A stretch of DNA of 64,000 bases from Camelus dromedarius. Lineage: Eukaryota. Of this stretch, positions 40,694 to 51,582 are shown in pieces. The stretch is from positions 40,674,001-40,738,000 of the forward strand of contig NC_087447.1 of assembly GCF_036321535.1 (NCBI RefSeq), written 5' to 3'. How positions within the stretch are numbered: position 1 is the stretch's first letter; each line of letters opens with the position of its first letter. The position numbers were made by a program, and so were the translations under genes. The notes under the pieces are model-generated. The model did not search any database, had not been told where the DNA came from, and saw only the letters and a list, made by a program, of their open reading frames with translations.

Positions 40694-41909
40694 GTTGGGA
40701 CAGAGGGAAGAGGATAGACCTGGGAGAGGATAAAAAAGCAGAAGCAGCAGGACTGGGCGCCCGAGGGTGCAGGAGAGGGGGAGTCCGTGTGGTCCTAGGG
40801 TCCTGGCTGAGTTCACAGAGCCGCGTGGAACTGGCGTTCACCCAGCAGATGGGCCTGTGCACCTGCTCTTGCAAATAATCTGTGGCCCAGGGCTAGCTAG
40901 GGAACAAGCTCCCCTTGGGCTTGTAAGCCTCCTCAGGGATGTCAGGGCTCGGTGTGCATCAGAGACGCTTAGAAAGGGAGTCCACGCTGGCAGCCTGGCG
41001 GAGAGACTGGGGAGGGGGCGCAGCAGTGGGGGCCTTCCCCAGGATGTCCCCACTCTGTGCTCTCCGGGGGTGCTGTGATCCCTTCCTTGCAGGTTAGTTG
41101 ATGCTTGCTTTGTGCAGAGGGGCTTGTCATGTAAATACAAAAAGACCACGTCCCCTGGGACCCAGGCCTTCCCTCGAGCTTGGCAGCTCTGTAGCAGCTT
41201 AGAGAGATGAGTAATTTCAAATGTCATCCCCCTGGCAGCCCCTCCCCAGCCTTCTGTCCCTTCCCCTGGCTTGGCCATCCCTTGAGTGGGGAAGTGACCT
41301 TTACACATGCACTCTGGCTGCTAAAACCTCTTTTGACTGGAAAACACTTTTCAACAACAGAGGCTATTTAATCCTGTGGTGATGGCTAGTTGGGGTGGCG
41401 GAGGATCACCTGCCACAAGGTGACTTTTTCACAGGGTGTTGCCTAGGGACCTGGATTTCAAGGAGTGCGGCTTGAACACAGCGTGTGCACATGAATATCC
41501 GAATGTGGCCGCACATGCTAGATATACTGTCGCTAACAGATACCCTCATGGCTGGGCATGTGCACACAGGCTGGAATGTCCTAGTCCATGGGTTGGGCTC
41601 CAAAGGGCAGAGGTGATTCTGGAGTTCTGGGCCGTGAACACCCCCAGAGACCGCGGAGAAGGAACTCCTCTCCTCTGAGTCTAACCCACTGGCAGAACAG
41701 CTGCATTTTTTCCCTTTTTGTCCGTGGCTGGTTTTCACTGTTGCTTTTCCATCTGATTGCCCCTTGTTTTTATAAAAAAAAATTCAGAAGTTGAGTCTTA
41801 GAAAAGCAAAAGCCTTGCAGTGGGACAGACTTGACTTTGAAGCTTGGCTCTGGGTCCCCCTAGTCATGTGACATTGAGCAAGTTGCTTTACCCTCTGAGC
41901 CCCATTTTT

Positions 41910-42662
41910 TTAGGTTATTATAAAATATTGAAAATAGATCTCCATGCTATACAGAAGGTCCTTGTTGTTTATCTGTTTTATAAATAGTGGTGTGTGTATG
42001 TTTATCCAAAACTCCTAATCTATTCCTTCTCCTCACCCCTTTCCCCTTTGGTAACTATAAGTTTGTTTTCTATGTCTGTGAGTCTATTTCTGATTTGTAA
42101 ATAAGTTCATTTGTGTCATTTTTTTAAAGATTCCACAAATAAGAGATATCATATGATATTTGTCTTTGTCTGACTTGCTTCACTTAATATGATAATTTCC
42201 AAGTCCATCCATGTTGCTGCAAAAGGCATTATATGATTCTTTTTTTATGACTGACTAATATTCCATTATATACCACATCTTCTTTACCCACTCATCTGTC
42301 GATGGACATTTATTTAGGTTGCTTCCATGTCTTGGCTATTGTAAATAGTGCTGCTGTGAACACTGGGGTGCATGTATCTTTTCAAGTTAGAGTTTTATCC
42401 AGATATATGCCCAGAAGTGGGATTGCTGGATCGTAGAGTAACTTGATTTTTATTTTTTTAAGGAACCTCTATACTGTTCTGCATAGTGGCTGTACCAATT
42501 TGCATTCCCACCAACAGTGCAAGAGGGTTCCTTTTTCTCCACACCCTCTCCAACATTTATTATTTCTAGACTTTTGTTGATGGTCATTCTGACTGGTATA
42601 AGGTGATACCTCATTGTAGTTTTGGTTTGCATTTCTCTAGTAATTAGCAATGTTGAGCATCT
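41910..42662 (-). mobile_element. L1 fragment, 5'-truncated and also lacking its 3' terminus, inserted into a MIR
   Basis: ORF 42450..42674 encodes an ORF2 C-terminal peptide ([18 protein letters not shown]). 16-bp TSD TCTGAGCCCCATTTTT at 41894-41909 and 42663-42678. The MIR continues on both sides (~41800-41909 and 42663-42790). Confidence 0.9.
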
Positions 42663-44139
42663 TCTGAGCCCCATTTTTAGATCTGTAAAATGGGAACAAT
42701 AGTAACATTTTCCACCTCATGTAGTTAGGTAGTCATAAGGATTACACAACAATGAAATGATCTGGTACACAGTGAATACACTTATAATTCTTCAGGTAAG
42801 GTTTGGGAAGGAAGGATAGAGTAGTGATTAAGAATATTGGCTCTGAAGTCAGACAGAGCAGTGTCCCTATTCAAGCTTGGCCCCTTATGAGCTGTGTGAT
42901 CTAGTGCAAGTTATCCAGCCTCTCTGAACCCCAGTTTCTTCATCTGTGACATGAGCAGAGCCGTAGACTTCTCCAATTGCATCAGACCAGTGTTTCACAA
43001 AATGTGGGTTAGGGAGGAGGTGCTTGAGAAAAGTGAAGATTTTTGTTTGAGAGTGTGGCCCAGAGTTCATGCACCAGCTGATCCTCATTGGATACACACT
43101 TAGGTTTGAGAGCCATAACCCTAGACTGCTTGCTCCCTGTGTGCAGGAACGGTGGCTTCACACTGTGCCTCAGTGTCTAGCACAGCCTCTCGTACATGCT
43201 GAGTCCACGCTAAGTTTTTGGTTGAATAAACAAGTGATTTTATGACTTAGTGCAGCCAGAGCACTTACAGTAGCCTGACCCAGAGCAAGACCTCCATAGA
43301 TCTCCAAGCGTTTCATTATTAATAATAGAAAAAGTGTGTCTCAGGAAATAAATTCGCAGGACCCAGCACTCCCGACTCACAGAGCGCAGGCACCCCCTCC
43401 CCACGGGTCCCTCTACTTCCATTACAACATGCCTGGTTTCCCTGAGGCTGATGACTGAGAGCCAGAGGAGACTGGGATAACCACATCCACAGGGGTCCTG
43501 GTGTCCTGGTTGGGCCCATTGGCCATCTGCTTCTTGCCTTTGGAGAGGATCCTGAAGCCCCAAGACCTTCCGGGCTGATGAGGAAGAATTATGCTCATCA
43601 TTCCAGGGCCCGAGGCATTCATTTTGATTAGGTTTGCAGACAGTCATGACAGAAGCCTGGGCCAGCTTTTTATTGTTCCAGGTTTCTTGGCTTGATGTGG
43701 AAAGAGGAAAAATGATTCAGAAAAGGCTTTTTCTGTCTGAAGAAGAATGGGTGTTCCCACAAGCCACCAGAGCCTGAAGCACCAGTGTAGCGGGGTGGGA
43801 GGAAGGAAGTGGAACAATGCTGCAGCCCCCACCCTGCACCCTGCAACACATTTGAAGCCCAGCTCACGTCCCTGAGCCACAGGATAACCCCGGGCCCCTC
43901 ACTTGCAGATGAGCAAACCTGGGCCCTCTGGAGAGATGGAATTTGTGCAGGTCAGTGGGTGGCTAGGGTGGAGTGAGCCTCGGGCCCCCACGTGCTGAAT
44001 GCTGAAGCTGGGCACTTCCCTGTGCCACACTGCCCCGTCCCCTTCCCACACCCCTGGCCCCCGGCCTGCCGCTCCCCCAGCAGCACTTGTGAGCGACCAC
44101 CCTGTGCAGAGGTGGTGCGGATGACAGGGCCTGGGTAGC

Positions 44140-44518
44140 TGCTGTGGTCTGAATGTTTGAGTCCTCACCCCCAGATTCATATGTTGAAATCGCACCCCCC
44201 AGCCCCACCCCAGATGATGGTAGTGGGTGGGGCCTTTGGGAGGAGTTTAGGCCGTGGGGTGGAGCCCTCAGAATGGGGGCAGTGCCCTCGTGGGAGAAGC
44301 TCCGGGGAGGACCACCCCCCCCCCACCGCCCCCGCCACCTTGCATGGACACAGAGGGAAGTGCCTGTGTGAACCAGGAGGAGGGCCCTCGCCAAAACACG
44401 ACCACGCCGGTGCCTTGGCCTTGGGCTTCCTGCCACCACAGCTGTCAGGAATAACTTGTTGTTTCTAAGCCACTCAGTCTGCAGTATTTTGACATCACAG
44501 CTTGAACAGACTAAGACA
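44140..44518 (+). mobile_element. MaLR solo LTR (MLT1A0-like)
   Basis: tgctgtggtctgaatgttt…ccagattcatatgttgaaatc…gttgtttctaagccactcagtctgcagtatttt…acagactaagaca. 5-bp TSD GT(A/G)GC at 44135-44139 and 44519-44523. Confidence 0.85.
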
Positions 44519-45059
44519 GTGGCAGAGAAGGGCCATCCCCACCCTGAAACTGAGGGCATGCCCAGCTCCTGACGGTGGGGTCCCCAGAGTCCCCATGAAG
44601 CCCCTTTACCCTGTACCAGGCCCCTGTCATTTCAGCAAGCAGGGCAGTGGGTACAGGGCTGGGGGCCAAGGCGGCCCAGCTGGGAGCCTCCTGCCGTGGG
44701 GATGAAGCCGCGAGGTGGGCACCTCTGCACAGATGCCGTTTTTCCCCAGGGCCCTTCTGTGGGTTCTGCCCCTGAGGACCCACACTTGTCACAGATCAGT
44801 GAGGCTGGAGTTAACAACTTCCTGAGATGGAGGCTCTAGAAACATCCAAGCCATAGCAGCCACTTGGGCTGAGCCCACTGTTCTCTGAATGGGGGAGGCA
44901 GAAAGACCCGGGAAGCGGCTCCTCCCTAGTAATAGTGGCTGACATTGGTGGGGCGCTTGCTGTGCACCAGACCCTTCCCAGGTACCTTGGGTAACATTTC
45001 ACGTGCACAGCAACCTATGAGGAGGGTCATAGTATTTACTCTCCCTCCAGATTACAGGT

Positions 45060-45155
45060 GGGGGGGGGAGGGTATAGCTCAGTGGTAGAGTGCATGCTTA
45101 GCATGCACGAGGTCCTGGGTTCAATCCCCAGCACCTCAATAAATAAATAAATAGA
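45060..45155 (+). mobile_element. Young tRNA-Ala(AGC)-derived SINE (camelid Vic-1-like) inserted into a MIR
   Basis: The body GGGTATAGCTCAGTGGTAGAGTGCATGCTTAGCATGCACGAGGTCCTGGGTTCAATCCCCAGCACCTC is nearly a mammalian tRNA-Ala-AGC, with A box, B box and AGC at 45100-45102. It has an oligo-G leader and an (AAAT)n tail. Perfect 12-bp TSD CAGATTACAGGT at 45048-45059 and 45156-45167. Confidence 0.9.
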
Positions 45156-45419
45156 CAGATTACAGGTAGGAAATTGGATACTCAGAGACGTGAAGAAAGG
45201 TGGCCAAGGTCACACCGCTAGAAAGTGGTAGAGGTTGGATTTGAACTCAAGCAGCCTGACTGTTCACCTCTTCACCCCACATTCTCTTCTCGATACCCTG
45301 GCCTTTTCTCTTTGAGCTTGGTTTGATTGATTTCTGTAACTAGGGTGTGGAAAGAGTTAGTCTTCCTGTGGAAAGTTTTCCTTGTGTGTGAAAAGCAAGT
45401 AGTATGTGGCAAGTTCTTC

Positions 45420-46160
45420 ATTTATGTCTCCATTCATTCATGGAAAAATTGTTAAGTGTCTGCCAACACCGTGCTCTTCAGAAGATGACTAGGATGGCGT
45501 CCCTGCCCACAAAGAGCTAATGGTCTGGAGGGGAGACGGAGCTCTAAAGAAACATGCAGACATCATGGAAGGAGGATTGCTGAGGGGAGGAAGCCCAGTT
45601 TGCTGTGGGAGCACAGAGGTGGCCATGACTTGCTCTATCTGGGAGAGGAGAGAAGATGAGGGAAGGCTTTAAAAGGAAGGGGGTTGGCCTAGGTAAAGAG
45701 CGGTTCCCACAGTGTTGACATGGGGGTATGGGCCAGTGCAGGGGGAGCCTCGTATGTCAGGCTAATGGATTAAGACTTGATCCTGCAAGCCCTGGAGAAC
45801 CATGGAAGAATTTTAAATAGAGAGTGGCAAGATGTGGTCTGGGCTTTAGAAAGACTGCTCTGGTGGAGGGTGGCTTGGAGAGGGTAAGGCTGAAGGCCAG
45901 GAGCCCAATTAGGAGACGACTGGAACAGTGCAGGTGAGAGAGGCTGGGGCTGGGAACCAGCACGGTACTGGAGGCCGTGGTGGTGGAATTCGAGGAGGAC
46001 TTGGTGAATGATCAGCTGTGGAAGGGCGAGAGAGATGGAGGAGCTGGGGTTGATTCTGAGCCTGAAGTGTGTGTGGAAATGCAGGCAGCTACTCAGGTGG
46101 TGATAGGCTGCCCTGTTTGGGGAGGGCGGGTGAAGGAGCTTGTAGGTGCACAGCATGATG
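45420..46160 (-). mobile_element. L2 LINE remnant(s)
   Basis: cattcattcatgg… tail, followed by L2 body motifs (ccatggaagaattttaaatag…gggctttagaaagactgctctgg…gaggccaggagcccaattaggagac…caggtgagaga). Confidence 0.7.
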
Positions 46161-47670
46161 GGGAGGAACGACAGCAGCCCTGGCCCACCCCATTCGTCTC
46201 GGGCAGTGGGGAGCACTGAGGTCTCAGGACCGGACGGCGGGCAGGCCAGGAAGCCTGCTACTTGCTCTGTTTCATCCGGAGTGAGGCAGCCTGCCTCAGT
46301 GGTCATATTTCTGGTTTTCAAAGTCACTTCCATTGTTGAAAAGAACACTGTAATATTGCACAAACCTTTGAGCAAATCTGATGCAATTTATAGGGTTACT
46401 GTAGACGGGGAGGATTTTCTAGCCCATCTTCCCTCTGTGACAGCTCAAGAGTCTGAGTAGACAGCACTGCCATCAGCGACCTTTCTGCCAATTACATGTT
46501 TCTGTTTGGGCCCTTGAAGACCTGCTTTCTGACACACGTGTCTGCTGAGCTGATGTGTTTTCATGATTAGAGGGAGTCACGCAGAGGTGCTGCTGGATCT
46601 TTCAGGGCACCTTTTTGAAGTGTATGTCTCGTTAGAGGTGGCAGGAAAGTCATAAAGCATCGCTCTGAAGTTGCAGAGCAGGAGAGCAGGCAAAGGGAAG
46701 CCTGCAGAAGGCAGATTAGGAACCAGTTTTTAGGGCCAAGGGGTGTGCTAATTGTGAGAGCCCCTCCTTTGCAGCATTAGGACTACTAATGCAATTGCCA
46801 CGATCCCAAGCTTTCTACCAAAACTTGGTAATTAAAGGGGGAGCAGCAGTGACTCATATCAGCAAGCCACCACCTTCAGTCCTGGGAACACTTCAGTGCT
46901 CATACAATGAATGTGGGCAAAACAAACCCAAACCACCCAGGAGCTCCAGACACGCCATTCTCCTAGCACCAGGGATGCAGGAGTTGCAAGTTTCCATAGC
47001 AACCAGGCAGAGAAGCAATTATCACGCCCTTTCCAGGGCCCTTTGCCAAGTTTACAAGGACACCATCCAAGCCCTGGAGAAGATGACAGAACTGACTACC
47101 TCTGTCTTTGAAATATTGATATGGAGGTGCAAAAGAGTTTATGGCACCACAAAATATGTTTAGGATAATCTAGTACAGCTCTTTCAGTTTTCAAAGAAGG
47201 AAACAGAGACCCAGAGAGGTTAAGCCCCTCGTCCGAGGCTGCCCAGCTTGGGAAGGGCTGGGCTGCAGTACCACCGTCATTCTGGTCCCCAGCCCAGTGC
47301 CCTTTTCCACCCTCCCTGGGGTTGGTACTGGGAATAGAGGTGCCTCTCTGCCAGGTGCTGTGTCTTAAAGCCATACATCACACTTGTGTAAAGCAAATTC
47401 TGGTCCGCCGTTGACTTCTGTGATAGTCTGAGGCTCTGTCTTCTTTATTTCTTTTTGTTTTTTCACTTTTTTTAAACATTTTTTATTGATTTATAATCAT
47501 TTTACAATGTTGTGTCAAATTCCAGTATTCAGCACAATTTTTCAGTTATTCATGGACATATACACACTCATTGTCACATTTTTTTCTCTGTGAGTTATCA
47601 TAACATTTTGTGTATATTTCCCTGTGCTATACAGTGTAGTCTATTCTACAATTTTGAAATCCCAGTCTAT

Positions 47671-47692
47671 CCCTTCCCACCCTCCACCCCCC
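47671..47692 (-). other. G-rich polypurine tract in the L1 3' UTR with G-quadruplex potential
   Basis: The sense strand reads GGGGGGTGGAGGGTGGGAAGGG, four runs of at least 3 G. This is a known feature of mammalian L1 3' UTRs. Confidence 0.8.
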
Positions 47693-47788
47693 TGGTAACC
47701 ACAAGTCTGTATTCTCTGTCTGTGAGTCTATTTCTGTCCTTTATTTGCGCTTTGTTTTTGTTTGTTTGTTTGTTTTTGTTTTTGTTTT

Positions 47789-50700
47789 TTAGATTCCACA
47801 TATGAGCGATCTCATATGGTATTTTTCTTTCTCTTTCTGGCTTACTTCACTTAGAATGACATTCTCCAGGAGCATCCATGTTGCTGCAAATGGCATTATG
47901 TTGTCGGTTTTTATGGCTGAGTAGTATTCCATTGTATAAATATACCACATCTTCTTTATCCAGTCACCTGTTGATGGACATTTAGGCTGTTTCCATGTTT
48001 TGGCTATTGTAGATAGTGCTGCTATGAACATTGGGGTGCAGGTGTCATCCTGAAGTAGATTTCCTTCTGGATACAAGCCCAGGAGTGGGATTCCTGGGTC
48101 ATATGGTAAGTCTATTCCTAGTCTTTTGAGGAATCTCCACACTGTTTTCCATAGTGGCTGCACCAAACTGCATTCCCACCAGCAGTGTAGGAGGGTTCCC
48201 CTTTCTCCACAGCCTCTCCAGCATTTGTCATTTGTGGATTTTTGAATGACGGCCATTCTGACTGGTGTGAGGTGATACCTCATTGTAGTTTTGATTTGCA
48301 TTTCTCTGATAATTAGTGATATTGAGCATTTTTTCATGTGCTTTTTGATCATTTGTATGTCTTCCTTGGAGAATTGCTTGTTTAGATCTTCTGCCCATTT
48401 TTGGATTAGGTTGTTTATTTTTTTCTTATTGAGTCGTATGAGCTGCTTATATATTCTGGAGATCAAGCCTTTGTCGGTTTCACTTGCAAAAATTTTCTCC
48501 CATTCCGTAGGTTTTCTTCTTGTTTTATTTCTGGTTTCCTTTGCTGTGCAGAAGCTTGTAAGTTTCATTAGGTCCCATTTGTTTATTCTTGCTTTTATTT
48601 CTTCTAGGAGAAAATTTTTTAAATGTATGTCAGATAATGTTTTGCCTATGTTTTCCTCTAGGAGGTTTATTGTATCTTGTCTTATGTTTAAGTCTTTAAT
48701 CCATTCTGAGTTGATTTTTGTATATGGTGTAAGGGAGTGTTCTAGCTTCATTGTTTTACATGCTGCCGTCCAGTTTTCCCAACACCATTTGCTGAAGAGA
48801 CTGTCTTTATTCCAATGTATATTCTTGCCTCCTTTGTCAAAGATGAGTTGACCAAAAGTTTGTGGGTTCATTTCTGGGCTCTCTATTCTGTTCCATTGGT
48901 CTATATGTCTGTTTTGGTACCAATACCATGCTGTCTTGATGACTGTAGCTCTATAGTATTGTCTGAAGTCTGGGAGAGTTATTCCTCCAGCCTCTTTCTT
49001 TCTCTTCAGTATGCTTTGGCAATTCTAGGTCTTTGATGGTTCCATATGAATTTTATTATGATTTTTTCTAGTTCTGTGAAATATGTCCTGGGTAATTGGA
49101 TAGGGATTGCATTAAATCTGTAGATTGCCTTGGGCAGTGTGACCATTTTAACAATATTGATTCTTCCAATCCAAAAGCATGGAATATCTTTCCATTTTTT
49201 AAAGTCTTCTTTAATTTCCTTCATCAATGGTTTATAGTTTTCTGTGTATAATTCTTTCACCTCCTTGGTTAGATTTATTCCCAGATATTTTATTACTTTG
49301 GGTGCTATTTTAAAGGGGATTGTTTCTTTGCTTTCTTCTTCTGTTGATTTATCGTTAGTGTAAAGAAATGCAACTGATTTTTGAACGTTAATTTTGTAAC
49401 CTGCTACCTTGCTGAATTCTTCAATCAGCTCTAGTAGCTTTTGTGTGGACCTTTTAGGGTTTTCTACATATAGTAACATGTCATCAGCATATAATGACAC
49501 TTTTACCTCTTCTTTTCCAATTTGGATCCCTTTTATTTCTTTCTCTTGCCTGACTGCTGTGGCTAGGACTTCCAGGACTATGTTGAATAGGAGTGGTGAT
49601 AGTGGGCATCCTTGTCTTGTCCCAGATTTTAGTGGGAAGCTTTTGAGTTTTTCACCGTTGAGTACTATGCTGGCTGTAGGTTTGTCATATATAGCTTTTA
49701 TTATGTTGAGATATGTTCCCTCTATACCCACTTTGGCGAGAGTTTTTATCATAAATGGGTGTTGAATTTTATCAAATGCTTTTTCTGCATCGATTGAGAT
49801 GATCATGTGGTTTTTGTCCTTTCTCTTGTTGATGTGATGTATTACACTGATTGATTTGCGTATGTTGAACCAGCCTTGTTTCCCTGGGATGAACCCCACT
49901 TGGTCATGATGTATAATCTTTTTTATGTGTTGTTGGATTCTATTTGCTAAAATTTTGGTGAGGATTTTGGCGTCTATGTTCATCAGTGATATTGGCCTAT
50001 AATTCTCTTTTTTTGTAGTGTCTTTGCCTGGTTTTGGTATCAGGGTGATGGTGGCTTCATAGAATGAGTTTGGGAGTATTCCCTCCTTTTCAATCGTCTG
50101 GAAGAGTTTGAGAAGGACTGGTATGAGTTCTTCTTTGTATGTTTGGTAGAATTCCCCGGTGAAGCCGTCCGGTCCTGGACTTTTATTTGTAGGGAGGTTT
50201 TTAATTGCTATTTCTATTTCCTTTCTGGTGATCGGATTGTTCAAGTGTTCAGATTCTTCTTGATTCAGTTTTGGTGGACAGTATGTTTCCAGAAACTTGT
50301 CCATCTCCTCTAGGTTATCCAGCTTGGTTCCATATAGTTTTTCATAATATTCTCGTATGATATTCTGTATTTCTATTTTGTTTGTTGTAATTTCTCCATT
50401 TTCCTTTCTTATTTTGCTAATTTGTGCTCTCTCTTTTTTCTTCTTTGTGAGTTTGGCCAGAGGTTTGTCGATTTTATTTACTTTTTCAAAAAACCAGCTT
50501 TTGGTTTGGTTGATTTTTTCTATGGTCTTGTTAATCTCTATTGTATTTAATTCCTCTCTGATCTTTATTATTTCCTTCCTTCTGCTGCTTTTTGGGGCTT
50601 TTTGTTCTTCTTTTTCTAAGTCATTCAGGTGGTGGGTTAAATTGTTTATTTGAGATTGTTCTTCTTTTTTGAGGAAGGCCTGTATCGCTATAAACTTCCC

Positions 50701-51582
50701 TCTTAACACTGCCTTTGCTGTGTCCCATAGGTTTTGAGTGGTTGTGCTTTCATTATCATTTGTCTCAAGGTATTTTTTAATTTCAGCTTTGATTTCCTCA
50801 TTGATCCATTGTTTTTTCAATAACATATTGTTTAATCTCCATGCTTTCCTTTTTTTCTCCTTTGTTTCTCTGTTGTTGATTTCCAGTTTCATGGCATTGT
50901 GGTCAGTAAAGATGCTTGAGATAATTTCTATCTTCTTAAAATTGTTGAGGTTTCTTTTGTGCCCAAGTACATGATCGATCCTGGAAAATGTTCCATGTGC
51001 ACTTGAAAAGAATGTATATCCTATTTTTTGGGGGTGTAATGCTCTGAAAATATCCACCAAATCTAGTCTTTCTATTGTAGTATTTAATTTCTCTGTTGCC
51101 TTGTTTATTTTCTGTCTGGAAGATCTGTCTAGTGATGTTAATGCAGTGTTAAAATCTCCAACTATGATTGTATTCCCATCAATATCCCCCTTTATCTCTG
51201 TTAGTAATTCTTGTATGTACTTAGGTGCTCCTATATTGGGTGCATATATATTAACAAGTGTAATATCCTCATCTTGTATCACTCCTTTAATCATTATAAA
51301 ATGTCCTTTATCTTTCTTTATGGCCTTTGTTTTAAAGTCTATTTTGTCTGAAATCAGTACTGCAACACCTGCTTTTTTGGCTTTTCCATTTGCATGGAAT
51401 ATCCTTTTCCATCCTTTCACTCTCAATCTGTATGTGTCCTTCTCCCTAAAGTGGGTCTCTTGTATGCAGCATATTGAAGGTTCTTGCTTTATTATCCAGT
51501 CTGCCACTCTGTGTCTTTTGACTGGAGCATTTAGTCCATTAACATTTACAGTAATTAATGATAGATGTGTGTTTATTGCCAT
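47789..51582 (-). pseudogene. L1 ORF2p (APE endonuclease, reverse transcriptase, CCHC), split by a single 1-nt deletion at ~49011; 1264 aa if repaired
   Basis: Endonuclease motifs NVNGLN, CIQETH, VGDFN, SRIDH and TDHN; PIP-box-like [10 protein letters not shown] motifs [10 protein letters not shown] and [26 protein letters not shown]. Adding one base after …PRIAKA restores [30 protein letters not shown]…ESPEMNPQT and joins track ORFs 49006..51582 and 47789..48871. Confidence 0.97.

Noticed and set aside
41483..41567. 11-bp inverted repeat GTGTGCACATG…CATGTGCACAC (possible pre-miRNA hairpin)
   Set aside because: The arms are low-complexity alternating purine/pyrimidine sequence, and the 63-nt interior does not extend the stem.
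45066..45140. Functional tRNA-Ala(AGC) gene
   Set aside because: It is flanked by a perfect TSD, has an oligo-G leader and (AAAT)n tail, lacks a T-run terminator, has stem mismatches and sits inside a MIR. It is a retroposed SINE.
45770..46375. 201-aa minus-strand ORF and overlapping acidic 80-aa ORF
   Set aside because: Both lie mostly over an L2 remnant, with no recognisable domain or splice structure.
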